This document shows, in pieces, positions 1 to 8,529 of a stretch of DNA of 48,959 nt (the first letter of the stretch is position 1; each line of letters starts with the position of its first letter). Source of the stretch: Clostridia bacterium (GTDB lineage: Bacteria; Bacillota; Clostridia; Oscillospirales; CAG-272); contig JAKSPY010000003.1 in the NCBI GenBank assembly GCA_024404445.1, positions 1-48,959 on the forward strand. Direction: 5' to 3'. The notes beneath the pieces are model-generated. The model ran no database searches and had not been told where the DNA came from. It worked only from the letters and a program-made list of their open reading frames with translations. The translations under genes and the position numbers were made by a program.

Positions 1-70
1 GTACAAAAATCAAGCCCTGCATAAAATCGTCAATTTGCAAGGTGGATTTGTGAATATTCAAATCAGCTTT

Positions 71-244
71 TCAAGCTGCCAAACGGGATTGCATCGTCTT
101 CAAATGGTACTTGTGGAGGTTAAAACCACAGGAAATCATTGACATTTCGAGAATCAACCCATTTAGCCCACGTCTGCGGGCTCTTGTGTAGGCTCGGTTC
201 CACTTAATGGTGCCAAATGCGCCCTCCGCTTGTATACTGCGCAA
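71..244 (-). pseudogene. C-terminal fragment of an IS1182-family DDE transposase (5' part missing)
   Basis: RSIQAEGAFGTIKWNRAYTRARRRG...MISCGFNLHKYH matches the RxxxxExxFGxxK...NL C-terminus of IS1182/DDE_Tnp_1_6 transposases. Similarity stops at about 244, and the apparent ORF start upstream is AT-rich non-coding sequence. Confidence 0.8.
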
Positions 245-317
245 ATTAAAAACGGTATATGATGATCGCCGATGATGTAAATAATGCACACATTTTTCAC
301 AAATAAGACGGAGTATC

Positions 318-346
318 TTGACAATTTTACGACAAACGGATATAAT
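318..346 (+). promoter_or_regulatory. Consensus SigA promoter for the pilin-like operon
   Basis: TTGACA(318-323)-N17-TATAAT(341-346), a perfect consensus. Confidence 0.85.
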
Positions 347-588
347 TATGTCGTAATTGTAAATTCGTTTTCATAACAAACGTCTGCGGCAAAGCGGTGA
401 TCCGCTTTGCCTGCTTGCATTATATGGGCAATACCCCGGCGCGATCACGCGACCGTCGCGATGCCCGGTCCGGCATATCTCTCACTATCGTTGGCTATCG
501 GCTGACGGCTCTTCCGACGGGAAAGGCCGACGGTGCGGCCAATGATTTTTTTGCCGCGAACACAAATAACCGAAAAGGAGGCGTCGCC

Positions 589-1317
589 ATGTCAGGATCA
601 GATAAACCGAAAAACAATGACGGGGCCAGCCTTGTTGCGGCGCTTGTATTGATGACGATATGCGTCTCACTGTCGGTCGTCATACTGTCATTGACGATAC
701 GAAATGCGGACAGAACCGCAACCGACGCTGACGAACGGCGCGCGCTTTTGTCAGTCGCGTCTGCCGTGATGATGTTTTCCGACGGATTGACGTCGATGAG
801 CTATGAATACTCCGTGACATCCGGCACGGTGCCACCTTATTGCGGCGACGCCGTCAGACATTGTGAAGGTATCACGGGATTGCGGTGCGGTCACGATAGC
901 TTTTTCTTAAAGCCGGTCGGCGATTACAGCACCGTGCTGACTGTCGGCGGGGATGAGAGGATCGTGTCGGCAATGCAGGGTAAAATCAAGGCGGCGGCTG
1001 ACTTTATCGCCGCTCAGTTATCGTCTGACGTCAGTCAGATCGTAGTGTATTCGTCGGATTTTGAGATCACGGCCGACGGCATGACTCCCGTCACGGTCAC
1101 GCTGACGATGGACGGCGGATTCGATCTGAGTCTGTCGTTCGATGCTGAGGGATGCGGGGCGACAGTGCTGGCCTATACGGCAGAAAAGACTTCCGATGAC
1201 CTGACACATTCCGCTTCACATTCATACGGCGATCCGGAGACGGCGTGCGAGATAAGCGTCACGGAACGCAAAACGCGGGTCGATTGGCATATGCCTCCGA
1301 AAGCGGGTGAGGGCTGA
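589..1317 (+). CDS. PilX/GspK-like minor pilin (class III signal peptide, no Glu5)
   Basis: AAGGAGG RBS before ATG 589 (preferred to the 397 start). KNNDG|ASLVAALVLMTICVSLSVVILSL is a short leader, Gly cleavage site and hydrophobic helix without E5. Confidence 0.65.
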   Translation: MSGSDKPKNNDGASLVAALVLMTICVSLSVVILSLTIRNADRTATDADERRALLSVASAVMMFSDGLTSMSYEYSVTSGTVPPYCGDAVRHCEGITGLRCGHDSFFLKPVGDYSTVLTVGGDERIVSAMQGKIKAAADFIAAQLSSDVSQIVVYSSDFEITADGMTPVTVTLTMDGGFDLSLSFDAEGCGATVLAYTAEKTSDDLTHSASHSYGDPETACEISVTERKTRVDWHMPPKAGEG

Positions 1318-1640
1318 TGAGATCGGTCAGGTGTAAGTTGTGCGATCGCGGCGGTGAAACGCTGATCGAGATATTGTGCGCGATATTGGTGGTCGCGCTG
1401 GCGACGGCGTGCTTTGCGTCGTGTATCGCGACCACGGTCGTAGTGCGGAAGGGTACAGCCGACAAAAATGCCGCGGTCGTGTCTGCATATTCCGCGGCGG
1501 AAATCAGGCTCGGTGCGCGGACCTCTCCGGACGAGGCAGGCGGTACGGTCACGATAACGTGCGACGGTGAAAGCGTTACGATCGACGTTATTTTCAGTTC
1601 GGGCTCCGACGCCGGTCTGCGCTCATATTACTTACGGTGA
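1317..1640 (+). CDS. Prepilin-type N-terminal cleavage/methylation protein (PilV/GspI-like)
   Basis: RGG|ETLIEILCAILVVALA type IV prepilin motif with E5; TGATG coupling to the upstream gene. Confidence 0.75.
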   Translation: MRSVRCKLCDRGGETLIEILCAILVVALATACFASCIATTVVVRKGTADKNAAVVSAYSAAEIRLGARTSPDEAGGTVTITCDGESVTIDVIFSSGSDAGLRSYYLR

Positions 1641-1646
1641 ACGCGT

Positions 1647-2147
1647 ATGAATGACAGAAACAGTTCACACGGCGGTTTCACCCTTGCGGAAACGCTTATC
1701 GCGCTGGCGATCATGTGTATGGTGATCCTTTTGATCGCGATGTCGGCGTATGCCATATTCAGGGTCTATGACGTATCGGTATTCGATTATGAAAGCGGGA
1801 CATTGATATCAACGGCGGAAAAGGCGATAGATGACGTACTGCGATATGCCTGCGATATCCGTACCGATGCCGACGGTAACGTGACCGCGTTTACGAACGC
1901 AGAGCACGGCATCATCAACGGCGCGCTGTATTGTGAGGATGGGCTGATCAGATGCACGACGGACGCGTCGTCAGGCCCGTTGCTTTTGGTCGCGGCGGAT
2001 GCCTGCGGCGGCATGACCTTGTCCGATCTCACGCTCAAATACGACGCATACGGTAAAATATTCACCTACTGTTTTACCGTGAACAGCGCCGACGGCAAAT
2101 ATTCGGAGATGACAGACACGATAAATCTGATGACATACAGGGGTTAA
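1647..2147 (+). CDS. Prepilin-type N-terminal cleavage/methylation protein (PilW/GspJ-like)
   Basis: GG|FTLAETLIALAIMCMVILLI canonical N-methyl-Phe motif. Confidence 0.8.
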   Translation: MNDRNSSHGGFTLAETLIALAIMCMVILLIAMSAYAIFRVYDVSVFDYESGTLISTAEKAIDDVLRYACDIRTDADGNVTAFTNAEHGIINGALYCEDGLIRCTTDASSGPLLLVAADACGGMTLSDLTLKYDAYGKIFTYCFTVNSADGKYSEMTDTINLMTYRG

Positions 2148-2151
2148 AACA

Positions 2152-2979
2152 ATGAAGATAGTAGAAACAGAACTGAAAATCGGCATCGAAAAGCCTTTTG
2201 ACATACTGCACGCCGCGGATACGCATATCACGCTCGCGTGCGAGGCGGACGGTGAGCGCAAAATGAAATTGGCGAAAAGGCGCGCGGAGGTCTTTCCGAC
2301 CGCCATGCAGGACCTGCGCGATATCGAAAGGCTGTGCGCCGAAACAGGACTGCCGCTGATACACAGCGGCGATCTGATCGACTTCACGTCCGTGCCGAAT
2401 TATGAGGCGGGCGCGGAATTCATCAGAAAAACGGATTGCTTCATATCCGTCGGCAATCACGAATTCAGCCAATACGTGGGCGAGGCGTGGGAGGACGATG
2501 CGTACAGGGCGCAGACGGCAGATAAGGCGGCGGCAATGTGCGGCAATGACATCACGTTTGACAGCCGTGTGATCGGCGGCGTGAATTTCGTCGCCATCGA
2601 CAACGGATATTATCTTTTTAAGCGGTCACAGCTGGAAATGTTGAAAAAAGAGGTGGCAAAGGGGATGCCTGTCGTGCTGACGTTCCACGATCCTCTGTAT
2701 GAGCGCCGTCTTTACGATACGATGCTCGGCCGCGGGTCGGAATGTGCGTATCTGGTCGCCGTGCCGGAGGAGCTGATGAGTTCGTATTCCGAGCATCGCT
2801 TCCGTCAGCAAAAGGCAGATGAGCCGACGCTGGAGGCGGTGGACTACATGGCGCACGAGCCCTCGATAAAGGCCATCCTCACGGGGCATATCCATTTTGA
2901 TTACGAAGGAGTGTTTGCCGGACGCATACCGCAGATAGTCACGGGCTGCGGTTCGGTCAGAAGGATACATATATCATGA
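2152..2979 (+). CDS. Calcineurin-like metallophosphoesterase
   Basis: Motifs ADTH, GDLID, GNHE, FHDP, GHIH. Confidence 0.85.
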   Translation: MKIVETELKIGIEKPFDILHAADTHITLACEADGERKMKLAKRRAEVFPTAMQDLRDIERLCAETGLPLIHSGDLIDFTSVPNYEAGAEFIRKTDCFISVGNHEFSQYVGEAWEDDAYRAQTADKAAAMCGNDITFDSRVIGGVNFVAIDNGYYLFKRSQLEMLKKEVAKGMPVVLTFHDPLYERRLYDTMLGRGSECAYLVAVPEELMSSYSEHRFRQQKADEPTLEAVDYMAHEPSIKAILTGHIHFDYEGVFAGRIPQIVTGCGSVRRIHIS

Positions 2980-4238
2980 ACGATTCACGCGGTGTAATAT
3001 CGGAGAAATTCGGCAGGGTACTGATCATCATCTGCTGTCTGACGTACGCGTCGGCGTACCTCGGCAGGCTGTCATATTCCGCGAACATTACGGCGATAGC
3101 GGCAGATATGGGCGTCACAAAGGATGCGCTCGGCCTCGTCGGCACGTATATGTTCTTTGCGTACGGCGCGGGACAGTTGGTGCACTTTTTTCTCGCCAAA
3201 TATTATAACCCGAAGCTGGCGGTTCCGTTGGCGGCGGTCGGTACTGCCGTCTGCAATTATCTGATGACGGTCGCGACGGACGTTTCCGTCATGAAGATCA
3301 TCTGGATGATCAACGGCATTTGTCAGAGCTTTTTCTGGTGCAATGTCTGCAATATGCAGGCGCGGTATCTGCGCCGCAGTCAGATCGCAAAGTGCGTTAT
3401 GTGGCTGGGCTTTTCGTACTGCTTCGGCACCTTTGCCGTTTACGCGATATCGGCGGTGTTCGTCGGTATCAATTGGCGTATTTCGTTCTATACTTATTCC
3501 GCGATCATCGCGGCGGCGGCGGTGGCATGGGTGATAATGTCGGTCGCCATCGGTCGCGCAAAGCTGACTGACGACGAAACGGAGCCCGCCTCCGATATTG
3601 CGGCTACCGATACCGTAAAGCCGACAAAGCTTTACACGGGTTATTTCTGCCGGATGCTTTCGTTTGTCGCGCTTGTTTCCGTGATCATGGCGTTCATACG
3701 CGACGGCGTGATAATGTGGTTCCCGACCATGTTAAAGGACAAATTCGGGCTTGCCGACGGGTATGCGGTTACGATAACGATGGCTGTGGCACTGATGTCG
3801 ACCGTCGGAATATATATGGCTAAGGCGGCATCCGCACGCATCCACGGATATTTACGCATCATGGGTCTGGCGCTGTTTTCGATATCCGTCGCGTTTGCCG
3901 CAGGGATACTGTTCTATAATCTCGATATTGAGATCGGCTTCATCGTTGCGTTTGCCGTCGCGGTATGCTTCATATACTGCATTGGCAACGTGATAACGGG
4001 CAAAATACCGTTCGGCGTCAGAAAGTACGGTAACGTCGGCGGTCTGTCAGCCATGCTGGACGCGTTCTGCTATCTCGGCAGTTCAATAGCAACGTATACT
4101 TTTGGCGCTGTCGCCGAAAAAAGCGGCTGGACTGCCGTTCTGATAATGATATCGGTCATTTCGGTGATCGGCGGTGTTTCGGCACTGATCGGCTCTCGTC
4201 TCGTGCGTCGCGACAGTCTGACAGATGAGCTGTTATAG
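2976..4238 (+). CDS. MFS transporter (organophosphate/GlpT-UhpT-like)
   Basis: 420 aa with about 12 hydrophobic segments; YLGRLSYS and FFAYGAGQ resemble OPA-family TM1/TM2; ATGA overlap with the upstream gene. Confidence 0.75.
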   Translation: MNDSRGVISEKFGRVLIIICCLTYASAYLGRLSYSANITAIAADMGVTKDALGLVGTYMFFAYGAGQLVHFFLAKYYNPKLAVPLAAVGTAVCNYLMTVATDVSVMKIIWMINGICQSFFWCNVCNMQARYLRRSQIAKCVMWLGFSYCFGTFAVYAISAVFVGINWRISFYTYSAIIAAAAVAWVIMSVAIGRAKLTDDETEPASDIAATDTVKPTKLYTGYFCRMLSFVALVSVIMAFIRDGVIMWFPTMLKDKFGLADGYAVTITMAVALMSTVGIYMAKAASARIHGYLRIMGLALFSISVAFAAGILFYNLDIEIGFIVAFAVAVCFIYCIGNVITGKIPFGVRKYGNVGGLSAMLDAFCYLGSSIATYTFGAVAEKSGWTAVLIMISVISVIGGVSALIGSRLVRRDSLTDELL

Positions 4239-4244
4239 GAGGAT

Positions 4245-5045
4245 ATGATGTTAACAGGATCACAAATAAATGAAGTATTCGCACTGATACGCCGCGCGGG
4301 CGGCATCGTCACGGAGGCGTCAGCGGGACTGAAGCACATAAAAGACAAAGCGGGCACCGCCAATTACGTGACCGAATACGACGTGTCGGTGCAGGCGTAC
4401 CTCATTGACGGACTGAAAAAGATCGTGCCGTCGGCACGGTTTCTGGCCGAGGAAAACGACGTTTGCACAGACGATTTTGACAAAGGATCGGTATTCGTGA
4501 TCGACCCGATCGACGGCACGGCAAATTTTATATCCGATTTCGGCCATTCCGCCATTTCAATCGGCTATTGCGAAAACGGCCGGCCCGTGTTCGGCGCGGT
4601 GTATAATCCGTATCGAGATGAGCTTTTCTCCGCTGTCAAGGGGTGCGGGGCAATGCTCAACGGCAATGAAATACACGTGTCGTCGCGCGACACGGAGCAC
4701 GCGCTGATACTGTTCGGCTCCGTGCCGTACTATAAGGAAAAGTATTGCCACAGCCTGTTTTCATATCTTGCCGACATATATCCGCGGGTATCCGACGTCA
4801 GACGGATGGGCAGTGCCGCGCTGGACCTGTGTTACGTCGCCTGCGGCAGAGGCGACGCTTTCTTTGAGTACAGGCTGAGCCCGTGGGATTATTGCGCGGG
4901 CGGGCTCATAGCAGAGGAGGCGGGCGCCGTGATCAGCGATATGGACGGCAACGACCTGCATCAGCCCGACGCCACGTCAGTCATTTGCGCCTCCGCGCAC
5001 GAAACGTACGACCTGCTGATGGGCTTATACGAAAAATACAGATAG
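4245..5045 (+). CDS. Inositol monophosphatase family protein (SuhB-like)
   Basis: VTEYD, AEE, VIDPIDGTANF, GSAALDLCYVACG, WDYCAG motifs. Confidence 0.92.
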   Translation: MMLTGSQINEVFALIRRAGGIVTEASAGLKHIKDKAGTANYVTEYDVSVQAYLIDGLKKIVPSARFLAEENDVCTDDFDKGSVFVIDPIDGTANFISDFGHSAISIGYCENGRPVFGAVYNPYRDELFSAVKGCGAMLNGNEIHVSSRDTEHALILFGSVPYYKEKYCHSLFSYLADIYPRVSDVRRMGSAALDLCYVACGRGDAFFEYRLSPWDYCAGGLIAEEAGAVISDMDGNDLHQPDATSVICASAHETYDLLMGLYEKYR

Positions 5046-5055
5046 TCCCGCACCG

Positions 5056-5130
5056 ATCATGCGCTCAAATCCGGAGCGGATTCCTCGCGCCGCTCGGAAT
5101 GACAGCTTTTGTGGGCAAGCGATCAAGCCC
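5056..5130 (-). repeat. REP-like palindromic repeat, partial copy 1 of 3
   Basis: The reverse complement GGGCTTGATCGCTTGCCCACAAAAGCTGTCATTCCGAGCGGCGCGAGGAATCCGCTCCGGATTTGAGCGCATGA matches the copies at 26948 and 39691. Confidence 0.85.
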
Positions 5131-5173
5131 GATACACGTCGGAAAACCGTCGAAAAACGTCAGATAAAATACG

Positions 5174-5221
5174 GCACTTGCCGAAATGCGGTCAGACACC
5201 CGTTTTCGGCAGGTGCTTTTT
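5174..5221 (+). terminator. Intrinsic terminator after the IMPase operon
   Basis: GCACTTGCCGAAA...TTTCGGCAGGTGC stem followed by TTTTT. Confidence 0.7.
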
Positions 5222-5262
5222 GCTGTGCCACACGGAAATTGTTTGCCTTTTCATCGTATATA

Positions 5263-5291
5263 TTGAAAATGGCCGATAATCATGCTACAAT
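5263..5291 (+). promoter_or_regulatory. SigA promoter for the oligoendopeptidase operon
   Basis: TTGAAA-N17-TACAAT with extended -10 TG. Confidence 0.65.
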
Positions 5292-5316
5292 GTAAAAAAA
5301 CATACGGAGGACTATC

Positions 5317-7020
5317 ATGAAATTCAAGGATATGCAATATACCCGCCCGGACGCGGAAAAAATCAAACAGCAATTGACGGCGTACACAGAGGCGATCAGA
5401 GATGCCGAAACGTACGAAAAGGCCCGTGAGACATTTTTCGCTTTTGAAGAGCTGTCAAATCACCTCAGAACGGCATTTGAGATTGCCGGCATACGCCACT
5501 CCATAGATACGCGCGACGAATTCTATGATTCGGAGATGAAATATCTGAACGCGGTAGATCCGGAGCTGCAGGAGTATTCTCAGCAGTTCATGCTGGCATC
5601 TCTGGAAAGCAAATTCCGCCCCGAATTCGAAAAGGAATTCGGCGATCTGATATTCGTCAATGCCGAAATAGCGTTAAAGACCTTTTCGCCCGAGATCATT
5701 CCGCTTTTGCAGAAGGAAAACGATCTGGTGATGGAGTATGAAAAGGTCATCGCATCGGCGCAGATACCGTTTGAGGGCGGCACGTACACGCTGTCACAGC
5801 TTTCACCGTTCAAGACGGATAAGGACGACGCGCGTCGTCACGCCGCGTGGAAAGCCGAGGGGCAGTGGTATAAGGAGCATCAGCCGACGCTGGACGATAT
5901 CTATGATAAGCTGACCCATTTGCGCGACGAAATGGGCAAAAAGCTCGGATATGAAAACTATCTGCAGCTGGGTTATTACCGTATGGGCCGCAATTGCTAT
6001 ACAAAGGCCGACATCGAAAAATTCCGCGCCGCGGTCGTAAAATATCTCGTTCCCGTGGCTGACTCTATATACAAGGATCAGGCAAAGAGGACGGGCGTAC
6101 AGTATCCGATATCATTTGCCGACGCATCGCTTTCGTTCCGTTCCGGCAACCCCCGTCCTCAGGGCTCCGCCGATGATATTCTTGCGGCAGGCAAAAAGTT
6201 TTATGACGAGCTTTCACCCGAAACGTCGGTATTTTTCAGAAATATGCTCGACTGTGAGCTTATGGACGTGCTTTCCACGGAGGGCAAGCAGGCCGGCGGT
6301 TATTGCACCGATATCGCCGACTATAAGGTTCCGTTCATTTTTGCCAACTTCAACGGCACGCAGGGCGATGTTGAGGTCGTGACGCACGAGGCAGGTCATG
6401 CGTTTGCCTGCTGGACAAACCGCGACCGCGTACCTTACGAATATTTATGGCCGAGCATGGAGGCGTGCGAGGTGCATTCGATGTCAATGGAATTTTTCGC
6501 ATGGCCGTGGTCTGAGGATTTCTTCGGCGCGGATGCGCGTAAGTTTCGTTACAGTCATCTCGCGTCGGCGCTGACGTTCATTCCCTACGGCACGATGGTC
6601 GATCATTTCCAGCACCTCGTGTATGAAAAGCCGGAAATGACGCCCGCACAGCGCCATGCGACGTGGAAAGAGCTTCTCGGTGTCTATATGCCGTGGATGT
6701 GCCTTGACGGAGAGATCCCGTTCTATTCCGACGGCGAGGGATGGCAAAGACAGACGCACATCTACGCAAGTCCGCTGTACTATATCGACTATTGCCTGGC
6801 GCAGACGGTATCGCTTGAATTCTGGGCTATGATACAGGCGGATCTGAAATCCGCATGGGAAAAATATATGGCGTACACCGTACAGGGCGGCAGTCGCATG
6901 TTTACAGAGCTTTTGCGGAATGCCGGACTCGAAACGCCGTTTGATGAGAACTGTCTGAAATCCGTTTGCGGAAAGGCAATGGAATTCTTATGCAATTACG
7001 ACCTTCACGGTATCGAATAA
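5317..7020 (+). CDS. M3 family oligoendopeptidase (PepF-like)
   Basis: GGYCT, PFIFANFNGT, HEAGH zinc motif, EVHSMSME, HIY...YYIDYCLA; GGAGG RBS. Confidence 0.93.
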   Translation: MKFKDMQYTRPDAEKIKQQLTAYTEAIRDAETYEKARETFFAFEELSNHLRTAFEIAGIRHSIDTRDEFYDSEMKYLNAVDPELQEYSQQFMLASLESKFRPEFEKEFGDLIFVNAEIALKTFSPEIIPLLQKENDLVMEYEKVIASAQIPFEGGTYTLSQLSPFKTDKDDARRHAAWKAEGQWYKEHQPTLDDIYDKLTHLRDEMGKKLGYENYLQLGYYRMGRNCYTKADIEKFRAAVVKYLVPVADSIYKDQAKRTGVQYPISFADASLSFRSGNPRPQGSADDILAAGKKFYDELSPETSVFFRNMLDCELMDVLSTEGKQAGGYCTDIADYKVPFIFANFNGTQGDVEVVTHEAGHAFACWTNRDRVPYEYLWPSMEACEVHSMSMEFFAWPWSEDFFGADARKFRYSHLASALTFIPYGTMVDHFQHLVYEKPEMTPAQRHATWKELLGVYMPWMCLDGEIPFYSDGEGWQRQTHIYASPLYYIDYCLAQTVSLEFWAMIQADLKSAWEKYMAYTVQGGSRMFTELLRNAGLETPFDENCLKSVCGKAMEFLCNYDLHGIE

Positions 7021-8528
7021 TGGCGGAAAAAGTAATAAATATCGTGAATTTCGTCCGCGCCTGTGAGCCGAGGACATACGTCGATCTCGTCACGCCGATC
7101 AGGGAAGAGCTGAGGCTGTGCCGCGAAAACGGCCTGCCGAATACGGTTTTGGTGCAGTACGATACGATGCTGAACGATGAACTGATGGACGTCGTTTTAC
7201 AGGCACAAAGCGACGGCAGTGAGATAGGCGTATGGTTTGAGGTGGTGAAGCCGCTGACAGACCAATGCGGACTGCCGTGGCGCGGCCGTGAGGGCTGGGC
7301 ATGGGATTGGCATATCGTGCCGGGCTTCCTTATGGCGTACACGCAAGCAGAGCGTCGCGCACTGTGCGACGAGGTCATGCGCCTGTTCAGAGAGAAATTC
7401 GGCGCCTATCCTCTGTCGGTCGGATCATGGCTGCTAGACAGTTATTCCATGGAATATATGTCGCGGAATTACGGCATCAAGGCCTTTTGCGTCTGCCGCG
7501 ATCAGGACAATACCGACGCGTATACGCTGTGGGGAGGGTATTTCAACGGCCCGTACTACCCCAGCCGTATCAATATGATCTCACCCGCCGTGGATATGAA
7601 AAACGCGATACGCACGCCCTGCTTCCGTATGCTGACGCCCGATCCGATATACAATTATCTGAATTCGGTGGCGCCGAAGGGCGAAAGGATACCGTGTACG
7701 CTGGAGCCCGTGTGGGCGAGCGGGCAAAACAGGCACACCGTCGATTGGTATTTTGATGAGGTGCTTTCCGATCTGACGGTCGGGTACGGCTATATGCAGG
7801 TGGGGCAGGAGAACAGCTTCGGCTGGGACAGGATCGGAAAAGGACTGCCGTATCAGATCGAAAAGGTCGTCGAGGCGCGAAATTCAAAAAGGGCAGTCGT
7901 CAAAACTCTCGGCCAAAGCGGGATCGATTTTCTCGCCGCGCACGGGGAAAACATACCGGAATCGCTTGTCGCCGACAGTGATTGGCGGGGAAATCCGTAT
8001 AAATCCGCATGGTATATGACGAAGTATTACCGTGCGAACGTGTTCGCCGAGGGAGATAAGCTCTATTTCCGCGACATACATAAAAATTCGGATAAATATG
8101 AGGAAGAACACTATTCCGTGCCGTGCCCGTCGTGGAAAGCGACGTACGACACGTTGCCGGTCAGTGATAAATGGAATTTCTTTGACGAAAACGACGACGG
8201 CATCATCAGCCTCGACGGCACGTTTGAGAATATCGTTCTGTCGGCGCACGGCGACAGCTTTACCGTTACGGCAAGCTCGGCAAGCGGCGACGTCGCGATA
8301 GAGCTGGACGAATCGTGTATCACGGTACGCGGTGCGTCGCTGACCTTTGAGGCAAAGCCGTCCGTGCGCGAGGGTATCACTGTGCAAAACGACCGTGTGA
8401 CGTATACGCATAACGGACTGAGCTATTCCGTTGGGATCGACGGCCGTGCCGAAAAGACGGGAAAAGGGTACCGTATCGACGGCATCGACGGCGTCATCAG
8501 ATTGAACATGTCATTATCGGAGGATTGA
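7020..8528 (+). CDS. Uncharacterised protein, possible deacetylase/GH57-GH38-like barrel carbohydrate enzyme
   Basis: Likely ATG 7020 overlaps the upstream TAA. IVNFVR, EIGVWFE, FREKFGAYPLSVGSW and WGGYFNGPYYPS resemble NodB/GH57-type barrel segments (weak). Confidence 0.45.
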   Translation: MAEKVINIVNFVRACEPRTYVDLVTPIREELRLCRENGLPNTVLVQYDTMLNDELMDVVLQAQSDGSEIGVWFEVVKPLTDQCGLPWRGREGWAWDWHIVPGFLMAYTQAERRALCDEVMRLFREKFGAYPLSVGSWLLDSYSMEYMSRNYGIKAFCVCRDQDNTDAYTLWGGYFNGPYYPSRINMISPAVDMKNAIRTPCFRMLTPDPIYNYLNSVAPKGERIPCTLEPVWASGQNRHTVDWYFDEVLSDLTVGYGYMQVGQENSFGWDRIGKGLPYQIEKVVEARNSKRAVVKTLGQSGIDFLAAHGENIPESLVADSDWRGNPYKSAWYMTKYYRANVFAEGDKLYFRDIHKNSDKYEEEHYSVPCPSWKATYDTLPVSDKWNFFDENDDGIISLDGTFENIVLSAHGDSFTVTASSASGDVAIELDESCITVRGASLTFEAKPSVREGITVQNDRVTYTHNGLSYSVGIDGRAEKTGKGYRIDGIDGVIRLNMSLSED

Positions 8529-8529
8529 T

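Noticed and set aside
383-560. c-di-GMP-I/II riboswitch call
   Set aside because: GGCAAA is present, but the GAAA tetraloop/receptor, the second GCAAA and the class II core were not found; kept only as an unclassified leader
397-588. N-terminal extension of the first pilin-like ORF
   Set aside because: No RBS at 397, whereas a strong AAGGAGG precedes ATG 589 and the prepilin motif must be near the N-terminus
5248-5260. TTTCATCGTATA resembling the 3' half of the leader-peptide promoter motif
   Set aside because: No TAGCCA at the right spacing and no leader ORF downstream; a SigA promoter explains the region
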